From Octopus sinensis (taxonomy: Eukaryota): a stretch of DNA of 64,000 bases. A model generated the notes under the pieces. That model made no database searches and had not been told where the DNA came from. It saw only the letters and a list, made by a program, of their open reading frames with translations. The stretch covers positions 86,862,001-86,926,000 of the forward strand of contig NC_043002.1 in the NCBI RefSeq assembly GCF_006345805.1, in the 5' to 3' direction. Shown here piece after piece: positions 14,547 through 27,400 of the stretch. How positions within the stretch are numbered: the first letter of the stretch is position 1; the number at the start of each line of letters is the position of its first letter. The translations under genes were made by a program, and so were the position numbers.

Positions 14547-17416
14547 TTAATACTGCTGGAGGAAAATTTTCCTTGCATTGGAGATTGAGCCCAAAGGATC
14601 ATTGTAGTTTCCCATGCAGTTATCCTCTGTCAAATTCCTTTATCTCTGTCCCCTTCTCACTGTAAATGTTGTCAGTTATTGAAAGTTATGTGTGTATTAA
14701 GGTCGTGTAATTATTGAAAGTTATGTATGAATTGTGAGCTTCCACTCCTTCCTTTCCCAGTTAGCTTTCTGCTTCTGGGTGCATCTAGTTCTTATCTTGA
14801 GGCGACTAATTACACTCTTTGTTCATCAGGGAGGTTCTTGACACTTGTAATCAGCTCTCTATTTTGTTTCCTGGTTAGTAGTAGTCTCTCTGGCTAGCAT
14901 ATTCTCAAGTTAGGTCATTTACATAGCAAAACTCCAAAAACCATGATCATTCTTCTTTCCTTGTACTATGGCCATATCCACATCTGCAGCAGTTATCCTG
15001 ATTGTTCAACATGTCTATTAGACACTGTAATAATAAGATAACTTTTCACTGTTTCGAAGGTTGTTTGCAAAACATCTCATAAAAACGATCCTTTTGCTCG
15101 TATGTTAGTTCTGACTGGAGAGCATAGGTAGAAATCGGACTTGTTATTGATTTGTCTATAACTAATCTAATCTTAGTTATTTTATTGCAAATGAATTATC
15201 TGAATCATTATTTTATCCATGTCTCAACTAACAATATACCTACCAAAAAGAATTTATGCCTGTGTTCCTTACATGTGTAGTCTAGCTGAGGCTCCCTTCA
15301 GTTTCATCTCTTGTGCATAACACACATCCACTTACTTCCTCTATAGCATGGCTATAACCTCTCTAATCAATCTTTCACTTTGCCCGCATCAATGATCATG
15401 GCTGCATTTTTTCTAAGCATTATAATAGAAGATAACCTAATTTTACTTAAGTAAACTTTTGACTGAATGTAACAGCATTTATCATGGTAACTTCTTGATC
15501 TTCCCTAATTATTTGGGGTTTTTTTCCTCCTTTATACATTCTATTTGGAATAGAAGAAAGTTTTCTTTTGATCTCTAATACTTAAAGTTGTCACCCTTAT
15601 CTAATTCATTTTGTTACTCAGCTATTCTCAGATTATTTTTAATAACTCATCTTTTTTGTTTCTTACTGCTTGTTTCATTTTCCATTTTTATTAGATTTGG
15701 AAGCCTTCATCTCTGCTAGATATTTTATATTAAATTTCATGTGTCATTCCAATACAAGCACTGATATTTATTGTTTTTATCACACTGGTTTTATAATTTA
15801 ATTTAATTTTTTTTTATCTTCTATTAGTGTTGGTATTTTAGAATTTAGAACTCAAAGTAACAATATATTGTTTTGCACTTGCTAATCAATTTAACAGTTG
15901 GAAAGATAGGTCATTTATATGACACTAGTAAGAACCACCATCAGGATATCATTATCTTAGTTCTAGTGGTGTTAATAGTCATTAACTCTCATACAACTAC
16001 TTTAATGTTCATTAAGCTAAAGAGTTTTGTGAAGAAAATGACTAATTCTGTAATTATGTAGTTGATTAGTTTTCTATGCTTAGTTACTGCTACAACATAG
16101 ATTCCTGTCTATTACTCACTATGTATATAGGCTAAATACCTTTAAAAAAGATAATTTAATTGGATCTTTTTCCATTCATTGCAGTTATACTTACAAATCC
16201 ATAGTAAACATTAAGATTCATCAGATCATAGTTAATGTCTATCCAAAATATTAAGTTGCATATACTACAAAAATCAGTACCATCAACATCACTCCACTAT
16301 TGGAGGTTGGGTGGACAGTCGCCTGTCCTTAATCATTTGCTGTAGGGTAACCCTACATCAATTTACATCAGAAAACCATTTTGATTTAATTCTAACAATA
16401 TTTTCTTTGTAGTGTTTCATGACAAGAGTAAAAAGTGAAAGAATTTCAGGTTATAAATGTCCACAGGACAAATTAACATGTAATGAGTATGCCATTGCAA
16501 TACAGAGGCATCCTTTATCATCGTCGTCATTGTTTTAACATCCACTTTTTACTTGCTAGCATGGATTAAGCAAGAACTTCAGTTGATCAAATAAGCAGTT
16601 CAAATAATTTCTTCCAAGCTGGTCAGATACTCATAGTTTTCTTAACATTATAAATAACTTCAATGATTTTACTGTCTGCCACTAATGGGTTTGGTTTTGG
16701 AATTAGTGATTCAATGCTTTCTTTGGAGATTTAAGTTGTTTTTCATAAGATCATCAACATAGAATTACTTCCAAGAGCATTTGTGTCTGAATTTATGTGA
16801 AAATACCCCCTCCCTCCCCCTCTCTCCAAAATGTGTGTGTTTGTAAATTAGTGGTAATTAATTTTCTTTTCAATGAACAATGATGACTTAGAAAATATTG
16901 ACATGCTATAATGATACTATTTTTAGTACTCAAGTATGCTTATTGGAAAAAAAAATCTTTTCTTAATGCAAATTAACCATTCATTAGTTGTGTAGCAACT
17001 TACTGTAGATAGAAATCACTTTGTTTGAGAGAGGCCATTTATTCTGATTACTGTAGTTCAAAAAATCATGAGAGCTGGTGAAGAGAAATGGCAGACAAGC
17101 TTTGTTGTAAGAAAATGGAGGTCATTTATAAACCAGTTTCTTTGAGTAGTGTTTCCAAAGCAATGAGATAGCACACTGAAACCAGTTATTATGAAGGTTG
17201 TCATCAGACCAACAGGCCAAGTCATATTTATTTCTCTTGTTCAATGAATTGTCCTTAAAAGAAACAGCAACTAAGGGAGACAAGTATAGTTTTAATAATT
17301 TTCCACTGTTCAGCATTGGTTACTCAGGAACAGTTATAAAATTGAAGAGGAAAGATTGTCTGAAAAGGAAAGGAAATTTAATTCTAAACTGGAGGACTAT
17401 ATTCATTTCTTTCTAG

Positions 17417-17434
17417 TTTAAGGAGGAAGGACAG
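17417..17434 (+). other. Candidate 18-nt stop-containing microexon in PPM1 intron
   Basis: CATTTCTTTCTAG|TTTAAGGAGGAAGGACAG|GTAAGT; in phase 1 reads (G)TT TAA. Confidence 0.35.
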
Positions 17435-18720
17435 GTAAGTGATGCTAGCGGATGGGGCCGTTAGCATCACTTTCATCTCTCATTCTCATCCTTTCTCTCA
17501 TTTTATCATACGATAATTTTTTTGATGTTTTGTGTCCCCTCTATGTAAAAGATCTTTTATGGTTAATAAAAAATCATCGACTAGAAGAAATATAGGCAGA
17601 TCAATGATATCCATTTTATTGAGTTTAAATTTAAGATTGCAGTCTTTCAAGTTATATGGGCAAGAGGAATCGATGGTATCTGCATGTATTATTGTTCATC
17701 ACAAAACCAAAAAAATCTAGAGCCAGTATTTGTGATTTAAAATTGAGAATATAGTGGAGCAGCTTGTTTATCACAGTATTCTGCTGTAATATATTATTTC
17801 GGATTAAATGGGTCTTCTTTATCAGCAGTATGATCACACAAAATACAAATTTTCTGTGGAGTGGAAAGAAAAAAACAAAAATGGACAGCTACTGCCCCAG
17901 GTTAGATCTTAACCAAATTATGTAAATTTTAGTCATAGATTTTACCTAAGTTATGTAGAAGTAGACAAGTTGTGAGAGTAACACAGCCACCAACAAATGC
18001 TTTACAGATTTAAAGATGGTAAAATGTATTACAATTTTTATTTAATGGACTTTTCTTTTCATTGGATGTGTTATTTCATATTAGAAAATGAATACAGACA
18101 CTTATTAGTTGCTAAATTCAAACTCTTGACTGATTCAAAGAAATTGGTTCTTGTAAACAGAAAGAGCTGTTCACAAAGAGATCACTGTAATTACAGTGAA
18201 GTTTGTTACATGGCTAGGTTTTAGCATCATAACTCTGAAATTGTAAAAATCTACAAACAAAATCATCAGTAGACATGCTTATGAAACTCACATGACCATG
18301 TAGTTCCAAATTCAATCTCACTGCTTGGCATTTGGCACAGGTGTCCTCAGATTGGCTAATGCCTCATGAGTGAAATTTGCTAGTTGAAAATTGTGCAGTA
18401 ACTTGTGTGAATTATTTTGGTAAAAAAAAGACAAACTAGTACTTTTGAATGAAGGCTCTTGTGGTATCTGTTCCGAATTTTACAGATAATTCCCTGTTAT
18501 TCTGCCTTCATGAATGCAATGAACCAGTAATTGGTCTGTTGGAAACTTGTAATCAACAACAGTGTTCACAAAATTGGGGTTTTCAGTGATTTAGTGCCTG
18601 TGCTAAGAAGATATAGTGCACAAAAGAAATGATAGCTTTCATCTCATCAAGCATAATGGAATGAAGAGCTATACAGTTTTCATGATGAATAACACTGATA
18701 ACACATAACATCATGTATTT

Positions 18721-19056
18721 ACTCTCTCTTTTACTCTTTTACTTGTTTCAGTCATTTGAATGTGGCCATGCTGGAGCACCGCCTTTAGTCGAGCAAATAG
18801 ACCCCAAGACTTATTCTTTGTTAGCCTAGTACTTAGTTACAGGGTCGTAAACACACCAGCATCGATTGTCAAGCGATGTTGGGGGGAACAAACACACACA
18901 CACATATATACAACAAGCTTCTTTCAGTTTCCATCTGCCAAATCCACTCAGGGCTTTGGTCGGCCTGAGGCTATAGTAGAAGACACTTGCCCAAGGTGCC
19001 ACGCAGTGGGGACTGAACCTGGAACCATGTGGCTGGTAAGCAAGCTACTTACCACT
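18721..19056 (-). mobile_element. SINE family A
   Basis: High similarity to the 1331 copy; source of spurious ORF 18760-19065. Confidence 0.9.
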
Positions 19057-20959
19057 TCACGATGATTTTTGGAGAAAGTGAATCCAATTACGTTAACATT
19101 GCAGGTACCCCATTAATAAGAGAGAATGTATATTGAACAGTGATGTTGAACATTTTGAGGGCTCTGATGATGCATTTCAAAATATTATCTCTAGTTCCTC
19201 CCTTAAATGATATGCACTGTGCAGTGTTGCAAGAGAAATTGCATCGCTGCTACCTGTCACCTGAAAAAAGTTGCTTATTCACATTCGTAATACACGATGA
19301 TACACAAGTTTTTTCAATGTTAATGCAAGAATCGTAGATCAGACAAGTGGGGTTTTTTTTGATTGGGGGGGTCATTTACAATTGCTAAGCATTCTTTATA
19401 AAAAGAGTTAACTTGTCGATTCTCTATCAGCTCTCTTTTTTTCACGGACAATACTTATTGATAAGTATGGATAAATAAAATTTTTATAGATATATATCTA
19501 CACAAAAGGTAATTAAATATGATTGTGTAAGAGGAGTGCAGGGTATTTTTTAAAATGATGCACCTTAGGGGAAAGAGTGTAGAATGTACATGCAGGTGTA
19601 TATGATGCCCAGGTGTTAATCAGTTAACCTAGTACTCAAGGTCAACAGAATGTAGCAGTTAGAATGATTGTGTTATGTACCAGTATTGCTCAAATATTCA
19701 TTGAGATGTGTCAGCTATGGCATTTCCAAAAATAGACATGCTTATTATTGATACAGCTATGAAATTGCATCCTGGTTAAAGGAAATAGCACAAATGACGA
19801 AAAGATGCCAGTTACATTAACATTCAATAACTGTAAATACAAAACAAAAATTCAACAATGAACACCATGTCCATCTTTGGGAAATGCCATTGCTGATGCA
19901 ACGCAATTGAATGAATATTAGTAGAGTGCATAACACCCATTTCAACTGCCACATGCTGTTGACCTAGAATTCGCTGTTGCTCTCATTAATAGTTTTACAT
20001 CAAGTTCACTTCCATATAGTTTTATCTTCTTATAGTTGTATCACTTTTGAAATGGCCTGTATAATCAGAGGTGCTTCCATACTTTAAAGAGAATTGGGTC
20101 CTAGAAGTTAAGTTTCGTACCTCATTGCATACTTGGCTTGCCAATATACAACCATAGTAAAACATGTCTTGTCTATATGCCATGGACATATTGATGAATT
20201 TTTGATGTTTTCATGCAACAGTGTTATAAAATACTTAGTGAAGCTAATTGTTTGAACAATTATAAACACATTTAGCCATATGGCTCAATTCTCATATAAT
20301 CAATACTATTAAATTTTATGATTAGACTGCATATAATACATTTGATGAGCTTAGCCAAGCCATCTAGCTGCACATTGTCCTTCATTAGGGAGCATTTATC
20401 CAGAAAAACCCATTTTGCAAGCATATTGCTGTCGTTATTTAAGCTGAATATAGCCATATTGGAGTCTCCCATTTTAGAGAGATTATGGATACTTCATCAC
20501 CACCACTTCCTCCTCCTCTTTCAGACTGAACAATTGAATAAAAAAATTGTCAGTTTTCTTTTTGCTTTTGTTTTTTACTACAATTACATATTACTTTCAG
20601 TTTTTACATCTCATCTGTTACAGCTAAATATTACAATGGCTGGTCTGTTTCATCTATTTCAGTTACATTCTACAATGGTTAATTTCTATATCTTATTAGT
20701 TACATATTACAATGACAAACTTCTACATACCCTCTTTCTTTTTGTCATTAATATTGCCATAGTAATAATTATTTTACTCCTCATTTCACAATATCATATA
20801 GTCTGTTTTTATGTTTTTAATATAAACCACCTTTGCCTTATGTTATCTACTTCCATTGAAACACTAACATTTAGTATATGTCAATTAATCAGCTATTACT
20901 GAGGAAATTACATCTTGCTTTCTTAACTAGTATATTCATTTATCTATTTTGTTTTGTAG

Positions 20960-21071
20960 AAATCCTAGACAACTGCAAACCTGAAGATGATGTCGACCTT
21001 TCTCTTGTGATGCACGAGTTGATGGATGATGAAATAGAAGGATTGCCACCAGGTGGTGGTTTAAGTTCTAA
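20960..21071 (+). CDS. PPM1B: PPM1A/B exon, C-terminal helical domain
   Basis: ttttgtag|AA ATC CTA GAC... = (E)ILDNCKPEDDVDLSLVMHELMDDEIEGLPPGGGLSS(K); LPPGGGL motif of PPM1A/B; donor AA|gtatgt; phase 1->2 fits both neighbours. Confidence 0.95.
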
Positions 21072-21764
21072 GTATGTATATGTCTTCTACACAAATTAGT
21101 TTTTTTTGTCCCCACCCCAGTAAATTGTTTTAAGAAATTGGAATGCTTATATCATATATTACTGTTTGTGTTTGAAATAATGTCCTACAAAATGGGTGAC
21201 AAAAGTTAATAATTTTAAGATTTTTGAAAAAGCTTTCATATATAAATAGAGGAATAAATGTAAATATTACAGTTTGAAAGGAAAATGTGAGAACTTGTTT
21301 TTCTGACCACATGTATCCTGATGAAGTGCAATGTACAGCCAGATGCTAGACTCATAAAATATATTTTATGCAGGTTGATTGTAAACTTTAATTGTATTGA
21401 TTTTATTACTATTGTGCCATATGGTTGAATATGTTTATAATAGATCTCAGAATGAGCCTCACTAAATATTTTATAACATTGCTGCACCAAACATCTGTAG
21501 TGAGTCATCAACATATCCAAGGCTTATATAGACAGGGCATGTTTTGTTACAGTTTTGTATCAGAGATTAGATAGGGTTTGAGGTGGGACTTAATTCTGTT
21601 TAAAGTATGAAAGTACTTCTGGTTATTTAGAATGTTTAAAAGATGTAAGTATAAGAAGAAAGAACTACACACATTTCAAAAGAAAAAGTAACTTCAGAAT
21701 ATGTGTAAATGGATTCTCCATTGAGTTTGAATCTTAGATGGTCAACCAAGCATAATGTATGTAA

Positions 21765-21965
21765 GAGTTTTCCACAGACTTACCCACAAGGGGCTAAACA
21801 TAGAGGGGACAAACAAGGACAGACAAACGGATTAAGTTGATTACATCGACCCCAGTGAGTAACTGGTACTTAATTTATCAACCCCGAAAGGATGAAAGGC
21901 AAAGTCGACCCCAGCGGTAAGCATTTTGCTCGGCGTACTAACGTTTCTGCCAGCTCGCTCGCCTT
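21765..21965 (-). mobile_element. SINE family C, young, B-box segment deleted
   Basis: rc: gagctggcagaaacgttag...gtcgactttgcctttcatcctttcggggttgataaattaagtaccag...ggggtcgatgtaatc. Confidence 0.85.
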
Positions 21966-23080
21966 TCCACAGACATATCTTTAAGGAAATCCCCAGGCAA
22001 AAATAGTGTGAGAGTATATAGGACATTACTTTATATTACAGGTACAGCACCACTCAGTGCATTCCACGTGGTTTCTGTTAACTTCATTTCACTCACAAAG
22101 CATGGATCAGCCTAAGGATAACTCATGCCAGCAAGGAAAATGAACATTAAATGATGATGTTGATGATGACTTGCATTAGTACCACAGCTTGGTATTGCAA
22201 AGAGAACTTTTAACTTTTTGGCCATGTGTGTGCCTGTATACATTAAAATCAAGTTTATTGTTCAAAGGCAATAAAAAAATTAAAAAAAGTAAAATGTAAA
22301 AACTTCTAGTGGGAAACTAAGGTCAAAGCTGCAGTGTTTATGGAGTGGGGGTTCTGGTGTCTTAAATGTGGGTGATGGTGTCTTTATTTTCTTTTTACCC
22401 TTCCTAATGACTTCTTTGTAGCAATTTTGTTGTTGCTAAAATTCTTGAAGCAGTTTACTCAGTTTTAATTTGCAGAGATGGTAACTTCAAAGTTTACAGT
22501 AGGAAGTAGTTTCTTATGTTTTAATTAGTTGTGATATATTCTTGTAGTTTTCTAATCTTGTGTGTAAGCATTTACTTTGACTTGTATGAACAAATAGAAT
22601 TTAAAAAAATCTTTTTTATTTTATTTATTTTACAGCCAAATTTACAAAACTGCAGTCTTTTACTCATCTGATTCTATATCCTGAAATCTTTTGACACAAA
22701 TTTGTATCTCTTTCTCATCATCGTTTAACACCCATATTCCATGCATACATGGGTAGGACGGTTGACAGGATCCAGCCAGGTAGAAAATCTACCCAAGACT
22801 GCTGTCTGTTTTGGCAGGGATTTTACAGCTGGTTGTCCTTCCTAACACTAACCACTCTCTCTCTCCATGCATACATACATATATCGTGTGTGTGTATATA
22901 TATGAGCTTTTCTCAATGAAACCATAAAAATTTGATATTATAAATAAATTTCCTCATATTAAAGAATTCTGTCATCTCTAAATGTTCAATTATCTGTTAT
23001 ATTTGTATAATTTTATGATTTGTCTTTTTTTACACTTAAGATGGAACTTATAAGAACAATTTTTCTTTTAATTTCTCAAG

Positions 23081-23135
23081 GAGAATGACAGTTGGAAGTA
23101 TTTTAAAGCGACTCAGACCGGGAAAAATTGAGGAT
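23081..23135 (+). CDS. PPM1B: PPM1A/B short exon
   Basis: tttctcaag|G AGA ATG ACA GTT... = (K)RMTVGSILKRLRPGKIED; resembles vertebrate KRNVIEAVYxRLNP; donor GAT|gtaagt; 55 nt, phase 2->0; too short for the ORF track. Confidence 0.85.
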
Positions 23136-24393
23136 GTAAGTATTATATAATTGCACAAGTATAAAAATAATTTCTTATTACTGCAGAGGACTGGAGAAAT
23201 AACTAACACAAACACTTGCTTGTCAGCTTCATACTTAGCATATAGGTAAACTGAAGATAGCTAAAATGCAAATAGTTAAAAAAGCAGTCAGTGAATAATG
23301 AAAAATAAAGCAGATATAAGTCTTATGATTCTTAAAACATAATGGAATACCTTATAAAATAGAAAAGCTTTTCAATACTTCTTGCTTCATGCTGTTTGTG
23401 TTAAATGAAAGCATTAGAGGCAGTATACTTATAATATACAAATATGCATCACATCAGATTTGTTCATATGTGTAGAAGCATTTGTCAAGCCATTGGGCTT
23501 GATTGATTGTAAGTTGCAGTTTGGTGCAGGTTTCTGCTTAGCTGCATTATAAAGGAAGGCTAGCATTGAATGTGCATATTACCTGAATTAATGCCTTCGG
23601 ATACTGTTTTCAAAACTGAAATTGGTATGGACAGGTAGAAAAGATACATATTAACTGGGAGGTCAGGAAAGGTTAGAGGTAGTTGTGGTGGCAATTAAGA
23701 GAAACAAAGCTTAGAAAATTGGAATTAAGCATTGAAACAGCTAAGGAAGGAAATGTTGAACAGAAATTATATGATTGAATAAATTAATACTGTTTAAAGT
23801 TATATGTAAATATTTTGGTGATTAAAAATTGCTAGCAATTTTATTACTTCTGTTAAATTGTAGGAAGTAGCAAAGATGCTTTAGTATTTAACTCATAGAA
23901 ATGAAATGCAGGTTTATGATTTTACGATAATATATCTAAGTATGCTATAGTATCAAAAATTTTACCTTAGTCTTCCAATTAATATAATATATATAAAATA
24001 ATATTTCTATAATATATATGAAATAATATAATATGTTAATATAAATAAAATTTATATAATATATAGTGATTTTATATATATATAATATATATATTATGTA
24101 TACACTATATATGTATATATATTATATAAATATTATATACATATATATAAATGATTCACCTAGGTGATACAAACAAAAAAGACAAATGCGCCACTATTTG
24201 GTCATTAAATGGGGATGCTAACCATTTTTGTTTCAAAATATTACGCCGTGTAATATTTGTCTTCTTTTGTAATAGATTGTTTTTAATGAAAGCTATTTTG
24301 GTTCATGTTCAGTTTTATCTAAATTTAAATTATATTTTCTACTTCTAACTCCTTTTAAATAATATTTTATGAGGGACTGTTTTTGATTTGCAG

Positions 24394-24447
24394 GAGCTCG
24401 AACTTAAAGCCTACTCACCAATGGGCAGACCATCCAGCCTGCTCTAA
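24394..24447 (+). CDS. PPM1B: PPM1A/B candidate terminal coding exon
   Basis: tttgatttgcag|GAG CTC GAA ... CTC TAA = ELELKAYSPMGRPSSLL*; phase 0; first good acceptor after the 23135 donor; no homology support for the peptide. Confidence 0.6.
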   Translation, partial: ELELKAYSPMGRPSSLL

Positions 24448-27400
24448 ATAGAGGCTGCCTCCTTTCAAGGTTGGACCTTCTCAACAAGCAGCACTCTAAT
24501 CTAAAACACTTGGTTAATTTTGGCCATAATCCTCTTGCTTTCTTTTCTTGCAAATTCTTCACTTTCATTGACTTCAGTTCAATCTTAGCCTTATATAATG
24601 GAGCAAAAAGTAATGAACTGATTTAATTTTCCTTCACTTACAAATGAATGAGATAACTTGAAACCTGTATTTTTAATTTCAAGCTAATTGTCTTACACAT
24701 CTCCTTGTATGTTTAGAACCCTGGCTGTAAAATTGCTTTCTTATGAGTGAAAACAAATGACATCAATATGCTCTTATTTAAGGCCTAAGTAGATCAGTAT
24801 TTATGCTGGTATTGATGCACAAAATGTCAGTTCCTCTTCCATATTTTAACGAACAGTATTTGTTCCCAGCTCTTCATTTTTTTTTTAATAACAGAAGACC
24901 ATTGTTTTCCTTCTGTAACAGATTAGATTGGTGATGCTTTTAAAGTAGAACATTTCAGCATCGTTACAATGTTAATTATCTAATTTATTGTTATTTTCTT
25001 AGAATAATAAATTGCTACATTTCTTACTTGATTACTTACTTGATTTTATATAAAGTTGTTGCTAAAATATATACCTAATCAAAGGGTTATCTTATTAAAT
25101 ATTGGAATGTTGATGTTTCATATCTGATTTGTATATGTATTTTCTGTTTAACTATTTCATTAAAACCTACAATGGTTAAAAAAAAAGGAAAAAAGCAAAA
25201 AAATAAAAAGCATTTATAATGCTCCAACTGAAAATATTTAAAGATCAGTAAAAAAAAAATAGAATAATTTTATTTACTTTAAATAAAAAACATATCTTAA
25301 CTATTTTCTATGATATTTTTTGTTCAAAGATTTTAACATTGTATATATTGGTTTAAAATTATCTGTTTTATTTAGGAAGTGAATATCTTTCTTTTACAGT
25401 CTTCCTTTTCTAGTTTCTATGTTACTTTCAGCTTTAGATTAGCCAATTTGTTCTTCGCCATTTTTTTTTTTTTTTTCTAAATCCTTATTTTAATATCCCT
25501 CATCTACCAACCATAGTTTGAAGCTTCTCCAATTTTCCTTGCATTGCACAATAGGAAATACATCATCAGCACCCAAAATGGTAAATAGTCAATTGTTCAA
25601 GTTCTTACAATTTGAAATTACTGAAAACCCAAGTGCTGGAGGAATTTCAAAGAAAGATGCATTGAATATCCTTTCTACATATATATGGGGAGATTAGGTA
25701 TAGTGAACCATATACCTTGATATGATTATAGCAGTGTTTACTGCATTAAAAAGCATTTTCTTGGTTAACAAATGTTAAATACATATGTTTACCTTCATAT
25801 TTTTCTGTTCTCTTAGGTGGAAACCTCTGTTGTTCAACACATTCTTACAAAGCTAGTGTGCATGTTCCTAATTTTGATTTACTCCTACGTTTTAGTCTTT
25901 CAAGATCAATCTTTCATAACCCTTAAGTGTTGTAAGCCTTATTTTTAGAAGTTTAAATAATGCCTGAGAATAAATTCATTTCAGTTTTCTAGATTCCAGC
26001 CAAATAAATCAAAAGACTATTATTAGCAAGGGGAGATAAACACTTGAAGCTTGTCGTTACTAACAAGTTATTTTTGGAGGACAATATAATGTTTGTTTTT
26101 TGGTAGCTTTCAATTGATGTCCGTTTGTGTGTATTTGTTTGAGAAGATCTCTCAATAAAAATCAAGTTGCTTTTGCTGCTCCATCCTGAAATAACACTGT
26201 TTATCCTCTCTTTGTTGTTGACATTCCTCAGTGAAATAATACTAATTGTGATTTCTCTCTTCTACTCTAATATTCTTTATCAGTTATTTTGTTGTTATTC
26301 CATCTTTGTTAGTTTGTCTGATCACTTGTTCCTTTTTTTCTCTTTTTTGTTTTCCCTTTTCTAGAGCTTCTGTAGTGATTAATGAGCTGTACTGAGAAGA
26401 TTGAATGATGGTTTTATAGAAATTCATGTACCAACACCTACCAACCACTTCCTGTCACATGACTACTGCTATGATTCTTACAGCTACAAACATTACTATT
26501 GTTAAGACTGCTATTATCATTTCTCTTACCAATTATTATACCACTGTTATTACTCTACTACAATTTACCACTAATACTGGCAATTTTGGTGGTCACTGGC
26601 GCAGATCTCCATAGATGTGTACAAGTGAAAAATGATGTAGAAAAACTTTTTATTTTAATTGATATCATTAGAAAAAAATGTAAATTTAAAAATAAAATCA
26701 GGGGATGAAATGAGCTGTAGAAAGAGGCATTCTACTGAGAGAGCTTGTTTAGACATACAATCAAGGAAGAGAACAGATACACATGTCATGTTTTACTTGC
26801 TCATTTTGTCTTTGTTCTTATCTCCTTCTACTCCTTTTCTCCAAATTATATATAAGCTGGTTTCAATAAGAAAAATGATGTTCTTGATCCTCTTCTTCAC
26901 TGTCAGACACTTTTAATTTTATACACTGTATCCTCTTTGAATAATTAGGATTTACTAATCAGCTTGGAGGATTGTCTTTTTTTTTATGCTTTTATTATTT
27001 TTTGGGAATCTGTAAGGCTTCCTCCTCTTCCTGTAATAACATATGGGGAGGATAGTGTATGTAATGAGAGAAAAAGTACTTCTGTAAGATTTTTGAAAAT
27101 TATGAAATGTTAACATTTTAAATTCTTTCTCCAATCTCAAAAAGTGTTAAATGAAAAAATTAGTATTTTTCTTTGAATTTGAAACATGAAATAAAAAGGG
27201 AAAAATGTATTATACTTTTTAAGAATCATGTAAATTTATCATTTGTGATTGGAATGCTTCAGCCTCGAATTAGGTTTTAGATTCTAATTTTCATCAATTT
27301 GGTCACCAACTCCCTTCCTTCCCAAAACAAATATCTCTAAATTGAATAAGAAAGCCAATTGAAGAAGAAAGAAAAGTAAACTGTGGATGTATTTCTAAGT

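Noticed and set aside
19850-20200. Ancient RTE remnant on - strand
   Set aside because: Only faint LKYGS / HFPKMD similarity with many stops
20318-20902. 194-aa hydrophobic ORF (longest in the window)
   Set aside because: Non-ATG start, low-complexity T-rich intron sequence just upstream of a real exon, no recognisable motif
26426-26708. Thr/Ile-rich and Leu-rich ORFs
   Set aside because: Degenerate (ACT/ATT)n low-complexity sequence
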